Shown: piece by piece, positions 33,764-42,762 of the stretch | How positions within the stretch are numbered: position 1 is the first letter of the stretch | How the letters are laid out: each line of letters begins with the position of its first letter | Source of the DNA: Acidobacteriota bacterium | GTDB lineage: Bacteria; Acidobacteriota; Vicinamibacteria; Vicinamibacterales; UBA2999 | DNA: 64,000 nucleotides | Direction of reading: 5' to 3' | Assembly: GCA_016789705.1 (NCBI GenBank) | Contig: JAEUQR010000141.1 | Coordinates: forward strand, 7,175-71,174 | Made by a program: the position numbers and the translations under genes | The notes under the pieces: generated by a model | What the model was told of the DNA's origin: nothing | The model's input: only the letters and a program-made list of their open reading frames with translations | Databases searched by the model: none

Positions 33764-35059
33764 TCAGCGGCGCAGGCGCAGCAGGCGCAGGCCGTTCAGT
33801 GTCACCGCCACGGTCGCCCCGGTGTCGGCCACGACGGCCAGCCACAGCGGGGCCGAGCCGAGCAGCGCTGAGACGAGGAAAGCGAGCTTGGTGACGAGCG
33901 AGATGCCCACGTTCTGACGGATGACGGCCACGGCGTGCGCGGCCTGACGGCCGAGGAGCCCGAGTGTCTCGGCATCCGGCGCGCCGGCCACGATGACCAC
34001 GTCGGCCGCGTCGAGCGTGTCGGCGTCGTCATCGTCGGAGGCGATGCGCACGCCCACGGCATCGAAAGCATCGCGCGTGTGATGGGTGGTGGCGGCCGCG
34101 CGTTCGAGCGGCGCCCCGCCCTTCACGACCACGCCGCGCGTGGCGAGGGCCGTCACGGCGGCGACGACCGTGACTGGCGTAGAGATGACGAGCGCGCACG
34201 GGCAGGCCATCACGAGGAACACAAGCGCGCGATAGAACCAGCCCGCCCACTGACCGTCGAGCAGCGGCGGCACGACCGCGACCACGATCGCGGCCAGGGT
34301 CACCGCCGGCGTGTAGATGGTGGCGAAGCGTTCGATCCAGCGTTCGACCGGCGCGGACTGCTGACTGCTCTCGGCCGAGACCACGCCGCGGCGCGCGACG
34401 GTGGCCAGCGCATCACGCGCGCGTTCGAGGCTCCACGCTTCGAGACGGTGCGCCACGGCGAACAGGAACGCGACGGCCGCGGCTTCGGCCCACTGGCCGA
34501 TCGCGGCGGCGCCCGCCGCCGAGACGCAGACGAGCACGTGCATGTCGAGGCGCAGGAGCCGGAGCGCCGCGAGCGCGCGCGGCCACATGCGCCAGAGTCC
34601 CACCACCACGGCGGCCGCGTAGAGCGGCACGGCGCCGGGCGCGTGCGCGTGCGCAAGCGCGCTGGCATCGGCGTGTCCGAACAGCGCCTCGCTCCAGCTG
34701 TCGGCCGCCGCGCCGTCCACGATCCACCCGGCGAAGAACAGGCCGCCGCCGAGCAGCACGTCGGTCATGCGCGCGCGGGCACGCGGGGCCGGCGTGACCG
34801 TGGCATCGGCCACGGGCATCGCTTCCACCGTGAGGCCGGTCTTCGCGATCGCCTCGCGCAGCTTCGTCTCCGACGTCAGCGCGGGGTCGATCGTGAGATC
34901 GACGCGGGCGTGGACGAGGTCGAAGGCCACCGCCACGACGCCCTCGTCGGTCTCCACCGCGCTCCTCACGAGCGCCACCTCATCCGCGCAGTCCATCGCC
35001 GGCACGCGCAGGCGCACGTCACGCAGGCTGGAGGCGGGGCGCGGTGGGGACGGGGACAT
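33764..35059 (-). CDS. P1B-type heavy-metal ATPase-derived membrane protein lacking A, P and N domains (HMA domain + CPC transmembrane core only)
   Basis: HMA-like: LRVPAMDCADEVALVRSAVE. P1B membrane-core strings: LDMHVLVCVSAAGAAAIGQWAEAAAVAFLFAVAHRLE, SAPVERWIERFATIYTP, VMACPCALVISTP (CPC at 34195-34203), IRQNVGISLVTKLAFL, LWLAVVADTGATVAVTLNGLRLL. No TGES, DKTGT or GDGxND motif is present. The start is uncertain (35059 or 35098). Confidence 0.6.
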   Translation of the reverse strand: MSPSPPRPASSLRDVRLRVPAMDCADEVALVRSAVETDEGVVAVAFDLVHARVDLTIDPALTSETKLREAIAKTGLTVEAMPVADATVTPAPRARARMTDVLLGGGLFFAGWIVDGAAADSWSEALFGHADASALAHAHAPGAVPLYAAAVVVGLWRMWPRALAALRLLRLDMHVLVCVSAAGAAAIGQWAEAAAVAFLFAVAHRLEAWSLERARDALATVARRGVVSAESSQQSAPVERWIERFATIYTPAVTLAAIVVAVVPPLLDGQWAGWFYRALVFLVMACPCALVISTPVTVVAAVTALATRGVVVKGGAPLERAAATTHHTRDAFDAVGVRIASDDDDADTLDAADVVIVAGAPDAETLGLLGRQAAHAVAVIRQNVGISLVTKLAFLVSALLGSAPLWLAVVADTGATVAVTLNGLRLLRLRR

Positions 35060-35156
35060 GGAGGTCGGTGGACGTCGGGCTACAGGAGAGCCAGCCATTA
35101 TCGCGTGCGGCCGGTCCGGAGGCTGCACGGGTCCGATGCCGCCCGGCCGCCCCCGG

Positions 35157-38100
35157 TTACGGTTGCGCGGTGGTCGCCGGGCGCTGGGCGGCGACCGCCG
35201 CATGCGAGCGCCGCGGTTCGGCACCGCCCTCCACGGTGCCACGGGCCGCATCGACAAGCACCGCCGAGGCATAGCCGTAGCGCACCTCGCCCTTGCGGCC
35301 GATCTTCTGGAACCGGTGCCCGCGCCGCTGCAGGTCCTGCACCACGGTGGCAGGGAAGCGATCTTCGATTTCGAGCCGTCCCGCCTGTTCGAGCGGGTCG
35401 GCGGGATCGCGGCCGGGCAGGAAGCGCGGCGCCTCGATCGCCTGCTGCGCGCCGAGGCCGCCGTCGACGACGCCGGTGATGACGTTGTAGACGGTGAGCG
35501 GAATCCACGCGTTGCCGGCGCAACCCACGGCGAGCTTCGGCACGAGCGTGCTGCCGTTCTCGGCGAAGACCAGTGTCGGCACGGTGCCGGTGGTCGAGCG
35601 CATGAGCGGCACGAGGCTGCCGTAGGCGCCTTCGGTCGTGCGCGTGCTGCGCAGGTGGTTGTTGTAGAGGAAGCCGAGCCCCTTCGACACGTAGAAGGTG
35701 CCGCCCCAGGTGCTCAGCGTCTGCGTGACGGCGATGAGGTTGCCGTCGGCATCCCCCACCGCGAAGGCCGTCGTGCCACGGCCGATGCGCGCCGGCGGCG
35801 GCATGAACGGGCCGTCGTCGGGCGTCTGGCGCTCGAGTATGGAGGCACGCGCGCGATCGATCTTGCGGAAGAGACGCACGGCGTGGTCGGTGCGCAGGTG
35901 CTCCGCGTACTCGACCGGCCAGCGTTCCGGATCGGCGACGCGGCGCAGCGGATCGCGCACCTTCCAGGCCTCGATGACGTGATGCCAGTAGTCGGCATCG
36001 GTCGTCGTGCGGGCGCCGGGACGCGGCGTGTACTGATTGAGCACCTGCAGCGACTCGATGAGCTGGATGCCCGTGGCTACCGGCGGCCCGGCCGAGAAGA
36101 TCCGATGGCCGCGGTACTGGCCCTCGACCGGCGCGCGTTCCATCGCCCGGTACTGCGCCATGTCGGCGTAGGTGATGATGCCGCCCTCTTCGGCCATGTC
36201 GGCGGCGATCTTCTTCGCGATGGCGCCCCGGTAGAACGTCTCGGCGCCGTCACGCGCGATCGCCCGCAGCGTCTCGGCGTAGTCCTTGTTGACGAACCGG
36301 TCACCGGGCTGCGGCACCTTGCCGCCGGGCAGGAAGATCTTCGCGGCTTCCGGATACTTCTCGAGGAAGTGGCGGCCCTCGCTGATGCTCGACGGCAGCG
36401 CCTCGTCGAGGATGAAGCCCTCGTCGGCGAGCGCGATGGCCGGCTCGATGAGCGATGCCCAGCTCACCTTGCCGCTGCCGTAGTGGCGGTAGAGATGGTC
36501 GAGACCGGCGACGACGCCGGGGATGTTGGCGGCGGCCGGACCGTCGGCCACGATGCGGCCGTCACGCGCGATGACCGGGTTGTCCATCGTGGCGTGGATG
36601 GGCGTCTGGTCCTTGTATTCGACGACGGTCGGCTTCGCCATGCCCTTGAGGTAGAGCACGGCCGTGCCGTCGCCACCGAGCCCCGAGGCCTCGGGCTCGA
36701 CGACGCCGAGCGCGAACGACACGGCGATCATCGCGTCCACGATGTTGCCGCCGCGTTCGAAGACCCGCCGGCCGGCTTCCGAAGCCAGCGGATGGCCCGA
36801 GACGACGACCGCGCCGCGCGACGTGACGACCGGCTTGATGAGCGGCTGCTCGGCCACGAGGGCGTCGAGCACGGCTTCGAGCGCCTCGGCGTTCTTCGCA
36901 GCCTCGGCCTGCGGCCGGTACTTGTCGCGCAGCGTCACCCACGTCGCGGCGGCCGGGCCGTTCGCGTAGTAAAGCCGGCGCAGCGTGTCCCACGTGCGGT
37001 CGAACATCGCCGTCCACGCGCGCGGCTGGGCGAGTGAACTCGTGATCTCGCCGCCAGCTTCGTCGATCGGCAGCGGCGCCGGGATGCGCCACAGGCGGAA
37101 CGCCGCCGACGTCGCAAACAGCGGCGGCGCCACGCCGTCGTCACGGCGAGGGTTGCCGTTATAGGTGGGCTCGGGATCGGGGAGGCCCGCCACGAGCAGC
37201 GTACGGCCGTCGGGCGACCACGCCGGGGCCCCGGCGCGCCGCGACACGAGTTGCGGCGGCGCGGCAGGTTTCGGGCGCGCGAGCGGCGGCGTGTCGCCTT
37301 CGGTCTGCGGCAGTTCCACCGTGGCGACCCAGACCGCGCCCACGCCGCCACGCACGGCGTGGAACGCGAGTCGCGCGCTGTCGGGCGCCCAGGCGAGGTG
37401 GCTCTCCGCCCCCGTCGCCCGCGCGACTCGCGTGGGCCGCGGCGCCGCCGGCGCGTTGTCACCACGCGTGCGGACGGAGCGCGCGCCGAGCGCCACCGGC
37501 GTCTCGTCGGCGTCGGGCACGGCCATCACCCAGATGTCCACGTCGTCGTCGGACGTCCGGTCCGACACGAACGCCACGAGCGCGCCATCGGGCGACACCC
37601 GTGGATACGTCTCGCTGTCGGCGGTGTCGGTGAGCGCCACCGGCGCCTGCCAGGCAGTGGAGCCCGTGACCTCGCGCGTGATGAAGAGGTCCCACTGCGC
37701 GCCGGGGTCGGCGCCAGTGCGGCTGCCGCGCGGCGCGCGGCTGGCAAAGACGAGCCTGCCGTCCGGGGTCCACGACGGCCAGCGCTCGTCGCCGGCGAGC
37801 GCGGTCACGGGCGTGATCGCGCCGTCCTTGACCGTGGCGACGAAGAGATCGAAGCCGGCGCCGCGATTCGCGGCAAACGCGATACGTGTGCCGTCGGGCG
37901 ACCACGCCGGATCGCGCTCGATGCCGGGCGCCGCGCCGCGCACGAGCGGCGACGGCTGGCGGCCATCCGGCGCGAGCGTCCAGAGCGTGTCGAGGGCGGA
38001 GACCGCCACGCGGCGGCCGTCCGGGGCCCATGCCGGATCCTGCGCGCCAACAACAGCGGCCACGCCGCCTGGCTGCGCCCCGAGCCGCGCGTGCCCCGAC

Positions 38101-38165
38101 CCGACGAGCAGGCTCACGAGCCCCGCGGCCGCAACCGCCCGCCGCGCCGAGAGCGGCCGGGTCAC
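35157..38165 (-). CDS. ggt: Secreted fusion protein: N-terminal PD40/TolB-like beta-propeller repeats + C-terminal gamma-glutamyltranspeptidase
   Basis: GTG start at the complement of 38163-38165, overlapping the tkt stop (GTGA). Signal-like segment: RRAVAAAGLVSLLVGS. PD40 repeats: PAWAPDGRRVA, PAWSPDGTRIAF, PSWTPDGRLVF, PRVSPDGALVAF, LAWAPDSARLAF, PAWSPDGRTLL. GGT part: VVSGHPLASEAGRRVFERGGNIVDAMIA...EPEASGLGGDG. Nucleophile context: GRGTTAFAVGDADGNLIAVTQTL. Confidence 0.8.
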   Translation of the reverse strand: MTRPLSARRAVAAAGLVSLLVGSGHARLGAQPGGVAAVVGAQDPAWAPDGRRVAVSALDTLWTLAPDGRQPSPLVRGAAPGIERDPAWSPDGTRIAFAANRGAGFDLFVATVKDGAITPVTALAGDERWPSWTPDGRLVFASRAPRGSRTGADPGAQWDLFITREVTGSTAWQAPVALTDTADSETYPRVSPDGALVAFVSDRTSDDDVDIWVMAVPDADETPVALGARSVRTRGDNAPAAPRPTRVARATGAESHLAWAPDSARLAFHAVRGGVGAVWVATVELPQTEGDTPPLARPKPAAPPQLVSRRAGAPAWSPDGRTLLVAGLPDPEPTYNGNPRRDDGVAPPLFATSAAFRLWRIPAPLPIDEAGGEITSSLAQPRAWTAMFDRTWDTLRRLYYANGPAAATWVTLRDKYRPQAEAAKNAEALEAVLDALVAEQPLIKPVVTSRGAVVVSGHPLASEAGRRVFERGGNIVDAMIAVSFALGVVEPEASGLGGDGTAVLYLKGMAKPTVVEYKDQTPIHATMDNPVIARDGRIVADGPAAANIPGVVAGLDHLYRHYGSGKVSWASLIEPAIALADEGFILDEALPSSISEGRHFLEKYPEAAKIFLPGGKVPQPGDRFVNKDYAETLRAIARDGAETFYRGAIAKKIAADMAEEGGIITYADMAQYRAMERAPVEGQYRGHRIFSAGPPVATGIQLIESLQVLNQYTPRPGARTTTDADYWHHVIEAWKVRDPLRRVADPERWPVEYAEHLRTDHAVRLFRKIDRARASILERQTPDDGPFMPPPARIGRGTTAFAVGDADGNLIAVTQTLSTWGGTFYVSKGLGFLYNNHLRSTRTTEGAYGSLVPLMRSTTGTVPTLVFAENGSTLVPKLAVGCAGNAWIPLTVYNVITGVVDGGLGAQQAIEAPRFLPGRDPADPLEQAGRLEIEDRFPATVVQDLQRRGHRFQKIGRKGEVRYGYASAVLVDAARGTVEGGAEPRRSHAAVAAQRPATTAQP

Positions 38166-40018
38166 CGCGTTGCGCGCACGGCGTCGGCGATCTTGGCCGC
38201 CGAGAGGCCGTAGACGTCCACGAGTTCTTCCGGTGTGCCGCTGCGCGGAATCTCGCGCACGCAGAGGCGCGTCACGGTCGCGCCCACGCCGGCCACGGCG
38301 CGCGCCACCGCGTCGCCGAGGCCGCCCACCGCGTAGTGGTCCTCGACGGTGATGAGGCGTCCCGTGTCCGTCGCGCAGCGCTGCATGGTGGCGGCGTCGA
38401 TCGGCTGGATGGAATAGGCGTCGACGACACGAATCGCGATGCCCTCCTTCGCCAGCAGGTCGTGCGCCTTGAGCGCTTCGAAGAGCGTGATGCCGGCGCC
38501 GATGACGGTGGCCACGTCGGCCGCGCTCTCGCGCAGCACGGTGGAGCCGCCCACCGTGAATGTCGCGTCGTTCGGGTAGATGACGGGCGTCTTCGGCCGT
38601 GAGGTGCGGATGTAGACGGGCCCCTCGTGGTACGCGGCGGCGGCCACGAGGCCCTCGGCGCACACGGCGTCACTCGGGTAGAGCACCGTCATGTTCGGCT
38701 CGGCGCTCATCATCGCCAGGTCTTCGAGCGCCATCTGCGACGCGCCGTCTTCGCCGATCGAGACACCGGCGTGCGAGCCGGCCATCTTGATGTTCAGTCC
38801 GCTGATGGCGGCCATGCGGATGAAGTCGGCCGCGCGCGACAGGAACGCCGCGAAGGTGGACGGGAACGGAATGGCGCCGCGGCTGGCGAGCCCCATCGCC
38901 GCGCCGATCATCACCTGCTCGGCGATGAAGCACTGATAGAAGCGGTCGGGGTGTTTGACCTCGAAGCGCTCGCTGAAGGTGGAGTTCTTGACGTCGGCGT
39001 CCAGGGCGACGACGCGCGGATCCGCATCGCCCAGCTTCGCAATCGCCGTGCCGTAGGCTTCGCGTGTCGCGACGAGCTCGCCGAACGTGTAGGCGGGTGG
39101 CGCCACGGCTTTCGGCGTGACGGGCGTGTGCGCGGGGCCCGACGGGCGGCGGACCTCGGCCGACGAGCCGGCCGGTTCTGGCACGAGCTGCGCGTCGAGT
39201 TCGGCGAAGGCGCGCGTGAGCTCGTCGCCCTTCTTGAGCGCCTTGCCGTGCCAGCCGGGCTGGCCGGCCAGGAAGCTCACGCCCTGCCCCTTGAGCGTGC
39301 GGGCGAGGATCATCGTGGGCTTGCCGGTGGTGCTGCGCGCCTCGGCGAGCGCGCCGAGGATCTGCGCCATGTCGTGGCCGTCGATGGCGATGGCGTGCCA
39401 GCCGAACGCCTTCCAGCGGCGCTCGAACGACGCGAGGTCGTGCTCGAACTGCGTGCCACGGCTCTGGCCGAGGGCGTTGATGTCGGTGATGCCGACGAGA
39501 TTATCGAGGGCGAAGAACTGACCGGCCGCCGCCGCTTCCCACACCGAACCTTCGGCGCTCTCGCCGTCGCCCATGAGTACGTAGGTGCGGTAGTCGGAAT
39601 TGAGGCGCCGGGCGTTGAGCGCCGTGCCGATGCCGGCGCAGAGGCCCTGCCCGAGCGAGCCCGTGGCGACATCCACGAACGGCAGCCGCGGCGTGGGGTG
39701 TCCTTCGAGATCCGAGGTGAACTTGCGGAGGTTGAGCAGGTCGGCCTTGTCGATGAACCCGGCCTCGGCCCACGCGGCGTAGAGGAGCGGCGCGGCGTGC
39801 CCCTTCGAGAGCACCAGCCGGTCGGCGTGCTCGTGGCGGGGGTTGGCGGGGTCGTACCGCATCTCGGCGAAGAACAGCGCCGCCATGAGGTCGGCCGCCG
39901 ACATGCAGGTCGTCGGGTGGCCGCTGGCCGACTCGGTCGTGGCACGAATCGACTCGATGCGCAGCCGCGTCGCGATGTTCTTCAGTACAGGCACGACACG
40001 GGACGTCTCAGCACTCAC
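38162..40018 (-). CDS. tkt: Transketolase
   Basis: 618 aa. ESASGHPTTCMSAADLMAALFF...LVLSKGHAAPLLYA...; ThDP motif VLMGDGESAEGSVWEA. Confidence 0.9.
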   Translation of the reverse strand: MSAETSRVVPVLKNIATRLRIESIRATTESASGHPTTCMSAADLMAALFFAEMRYDPANPRHEHADRLVLSKGHAAPLLYAAWAEAGFIDKADLLNLRKFTSDLEGHPTPRLPFVDVATGSLGQGLCAGIGTALNARRLNSDYRTYVLMGDGESAEGSVWEAAAAGQFFALDNLVGITDINALGQSRGTQFEHDLASFERRWKAFGWHAIAIDGHDMAQILGALAEARSTTGKPTMILARTLKGQGVSFLAGQPGWHGKALKKGDELTRAFAELDAQLVPEPAGSSAEVRRPSGPAHTPVTPKAVAPPAYTFGELVATREAYGTAIAKLGDADPRVVALDADVKNSTFSERFEVKHPDRFYQCFIAEQVMIGAAMGLASRGAIPFPSTFAAFLSRAADFIRMAAISGLNIKMAGSHAGVSIGEDGASQMALEDLAMMSAEPNMTVLYPSDAVCAEGLVAAAAYHEGPVYIRTSRPKTPVIYPNDATFTVGGSTVLRESAADVATVIGAGITLFEALKAHDLLAKEGIAIRVVDAYSIQPIDAATMQRCATDTGRLITVEDHYAVGGLGDAVARAVAGVGATVTRLCVREIPRSGTPEELVDVYGLSAAKIADAVRATR

Positions 40019-40110
40019 GCGAAATCCTCCGCGCAGAGTCTAACAGCCGCCTCCGGACGCGAGCAACGACGAAGCGTGGACGAGAACGCCCGGGTTGGAC
40101 CCAAACCCAC

Positions 40111-40116
40111 TAAAAT
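40111..40116 (+). promoter_or_regulatory. Possible -10 element (TAAAAT) placed for a leaderless transcript of the downstream membrane-protein gene
   Basis: TAAAAT, then 6 nt (GGTCGG), then the ATG at 40123. I see no good -35 and no SD. Weak, sequence-only call. Confidence 0.2.
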
Positions 40117-40122
40117 GGTCGG

Positions 40123-40611
40123 ATGATCGTATTGCGCTACGCCTACGTGCTGGCGCTCGTCGTGTGGGTCGGGGCCCTCGTGGCCGCCGGGGCGTTCGTG
40201 GCGCCGGCGCTCTTCGGGGTGCTCCAGGCCGAGGCGGGCGCCACCGGGCGCATGCTGGCGGGCGCCGCGTTCGGCGAGGTGCTGCGCCGGGTGCTGCTCG
40301 CCGGCGACGTGGCGGGCGTCGTGATGCTCGTCACGATGACAATCCTGCGGCTGTTCGGGCCGAAGCCCGTCAGTTACGGCATCCGGGCGCTGCTGCTCGG
40401 CGCCATGCTGCTCGCCAACGCCTACACGGCACACATCCTGTTGCCCGAGGCCGAAGGCCTCCGGCGTGAAATCAACGGCCCGCTGGCCTCGGTCGCGGCC
40501 ACCGATCCGCGCCGGGTGCGCTTCGATTCCCTGCACGGTCTGTCGACCACGATCGTCACCGTGATGGCCCTGGCGGGCATCGCCGTGGCGGCGTGGGAGG
40601 CGCGAGAATAG
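40123..40611 (+). CDS. Small integral membrane protein (DUF4149/TMEM205-like)
   Basis: 162 aa with four hydrophobic helices (YVLALVVWVGALVAAGAFVAPALF...). Family assignment is tentative. Confidence 0.5.
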   Translation: MIVLRYAYVLALVVWVGALVAAGAFVAPALFGVLQAEAGATGRMLAGAAFGEVLRRVLLAGDVAGVVMLVTMTILRLFGPKPVSYGIRALLLGAMLLANAYTAHILLPEAEGLRREINGPLASVAATDPRRVRFDSLHGLSTTIVTVMALAGIAVAAWEARE

Positions 40612-40624
40612 GTACACATCCCGC

Positions 40625-41638
40625 ATGACTCACACGATTACGCTCCTTCCTGGTGACGGCATTGGTCCGGAGGTCACCGCCGCCGTCGTCCAGGTGCTCG
40701 AAGCTGCCGGGCTCTCGGCCACCTGGGAATCCTTCGAGGCCGGCGCCAACGCCGTGGCCGCGCACGGCACGACGCTGCCCGAGCCGCTGCTCGCCTCGAT
40801 CAGGAAGACCCGGTGCGCCCTCAAGGGCCCGATCACGACGCCCATCGGCGAAGGCTTCACCAGCGTGAACGTCGGCCTGCGCAAAGCGCTCGAGCTCTAC
40901 GCCAATCTGCGCCCGGTGTGGAACCTGCCGAACGTGAAGTCGCGCTACGAAGGCGTGGACCTCGTGATCGTGCGCGAGAACACCGAGGACCTCTACGCCG
41001 GCCTCGAGCACACGGTCATCCCCGGCGTGGTCGAGAGCCTGAAGATCATCACCGACGCCGCCTCGACCAGGATCGCGCGCTTCGCCTTCGAACACGCGCG
41101 CCGCCAGAAGCGCAAGCGCGTCACCGCCGTGCACAAGGCGAACATCATGAAGCTGAGCGACGGCCTCTTCATCGAGTGCGCCCGCCGCGTCGCGAAGGAC
41201 TTCCCCGAGGTCCAGTACGACGAACGGATCGTCGACGCGGCATGCATGCAGCTCGTGATGTTCCCGGAGAAGTTCGACGTGCTGCTGCTGCCGAACCTCT
41301 ACGGCGACATCGTGTCGGACCTGTGCGCCGGCCTCGTCGGCGGCCTCGGCGTGGTGCCGGCGGCCAACCTCGGCGCTGATGGCGTGGGCGTGTTCGAAGC
41401 CGTGCACGGCAGCGCGCCCGACATCGCCGGCAAGAACATCGCCAATCCACTCGCGCTGCTGCTCTCGGGCGTGCTGATGCTGCGCCACCTCGACGAAGAC
41501 GCGGCCGCCGACCGCGTGATGCGCGGCGTGACCACGGTGCTCGCCGGCGCGACGCGCACCCGCGACATCGGCGGCACGGCATCGACGAGCGAGTTCGCCG
41601 ACGCCATCTGCCGCGCCATGGAGGCCGACGGGCGATGA
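40625..41638 (+). CDS. Isocitrate/isopropylmalate dehydrogenase family enzyme; best guess NAD-dependent isocitrate dehydrogenase
   Basis: ITLLPGDGIGPEV...KGPITTPIGEGFTSVNVGLRKALELYANLRP...VIVRENTEDLYAG...NLYGDIVSDL... Confidence 0.8.
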   Translation: MTHTITLLPGDGIGPEVTAAVVQVLEAAGLSATWESFEAGANAVAAHGTTLPEPLLASIRKTRCALKGPITTPIGEGFTSVNVGLRKALELYANLRPVWNLPNVKSRYEGVDLVIVRENTEDLYAGLEHTVIPGVVESLKIITDAASTRIARFAFEHARRQKRKRVTAVHKANIMKLSDGLFIECARRVAKDFPEVQYDERIVDAACMQLVMFPEKFDVLLLPNLYGDIVSDLCAGLVGGLGVVPAANLGADGVGVFEAVHGSAPDIAGKNIANPLALLLSGVLMLRHLDEDAAADRVMRGVTTVLAGATRTRDIGGTASTSEFADAICRAMEADGR

Positions 41639-42762
41639 GCGACCCGATCGCCGAGGCGGTCTTCGCGCGGGCGGAAGTGGCGCAGTACCTGGCCGGCAGC
41701 CACGGCGTGCATGGCGAGGAGGCGCGCGCCCGCGTCGTGGGCTACCTCGACGAGCTGCGCACGACGCAGCGCTACGAGCTCTACCGGGCGCTCGAGTACC
41801 CGCTCTATCCGATCCTGCGCAAGCTCGAACGCATCGACGAGCACGTGTCGATCGCGAGCGAGACAGTGGCCGCGGGGCACCGCGTGGTCTACGCGTCGAA
41901 CCACCGCAGCCACATGGACTACCTGCTCGAGCTGCTGGCGCTCGACGACGCCGGGCTGCGTCCGCCGGTCATCGCCGCCGGCATCAACCTGTTCGGCGGG
42001 CCGCTCGGCCTCATCCAGCGCCACGTCGTCGGGGCGCTGCCGATTCGCCGCAACACCAAGGACCCGGCGTACCACATCACGCTCAAGGCCTACGTCGCCG
42101 AGCTGCTGCGCACGCAGGACTTCTTCTTCTATCCCGAAGGCGGCCGCAGCTACAGCGGCGAGATCAAGTCGCCCAAGACCGGGCTGCTCACCGCCTGCCT
42201 GCAGTCGGCGCAGCCGGGCCTGGTCATCCTGCCGGTGTCGATTGCCTACGACCTCGTGCTCGAGGACCACGTGCTGGCACGGCAGAAGGTCAAGCGTTCG
42301 CAGCGCGCCTTCAGCCGTGAAGTGGCCGAGATGGTGCGCTACGCCGTGGGCTACCGCAGCCGCGCCTTCGTCACCTTCGGCGCGCCAATCCGCCTCGACG
42401 GCTTCAGCGCCGAGTCGCGGACGTCGGTGCTCGAGCTCGGGCATCACGTGATGGAACGCATCGGCCGCCAGGTGAAGGTGCTGCCGACGGCGCTCATGGC
42501 CACGGCCCTCGGCCCGTCGATGTCGGATCAGGAACTGGAGGACCGCATCGCCGGCCTCCTCGACACCCTCAAGGCCGCCGGCGCCAACCTCGACGCGACG
42601 ACCGCGGCGGCGGTGGTGGCCGCGGCGGCCGAACCGCTCGAAGCCCGCGGCATCATCGCGCGCGACGACGGCCGGTTCCGCGTGCGCGACAGGAACCTGC
42701 TCAAGTACTACGCGCGGGCCATCGAGCACCTGCTGCCGGCGCCCGCCGCCGACACGCCCTGA
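41635..42762 (+). CDS. PlsB-like glycerol-3-phosphate / lysophospholipid acyltransferase
   Basis: HX4D motif NHRSHMDYLL; FFYPEGGRSYSG motif; ILPVSIAYD. The ATG overlaps the upstream stop (ATGA). Confidence 0.75.
   Translation: MSDPIAEAVFARAEVAQYLAGSHGVHGEEARARVVGYLDELRTTQRYELYRALEYPLYPILRKLERIDEHVSIASETVAAGHRVVYASNHRSHMDYLLELLALDDAGLRPPVIAAGINLFGGPLGLIQRHVVGALPIRRNTKDPAYHITLKAYVAELLRTQDFFFYPEGGRSYSGEIKSPKTGLLTACLQSAQPGLVILPVSIAYDLVLEDHVLARQKVKRSQRAFSREVAEMVRYAVGYRSRAFVTFGAPIRLDGFSAESRTSVLELGHHVMERIGRQVKVLPTALMATALGPSMSDQELEDRIAGLLDTLKAAGANLDATTAAAVVAAAAEPLEARGIIARDDGRFRVRDRNLLKYYARAIEHLLPAPAADTP

Noticed and set aside
38166-38663. N-terminal extensions of track ORFs: 35157..38663, 2963..4117, 43740..46391, 46961..48529, 7524..8726, 18736..21333, 31404..33845, 11212..11664.
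   Set aside because: The extensions are R-rich, lack signal or domain features, and overlap well-supported neighbouring genes. Internal starts give sensible N-termini (signal peptides, lipoboxes, family-typical starts) and typical 1-4 nt couplings.
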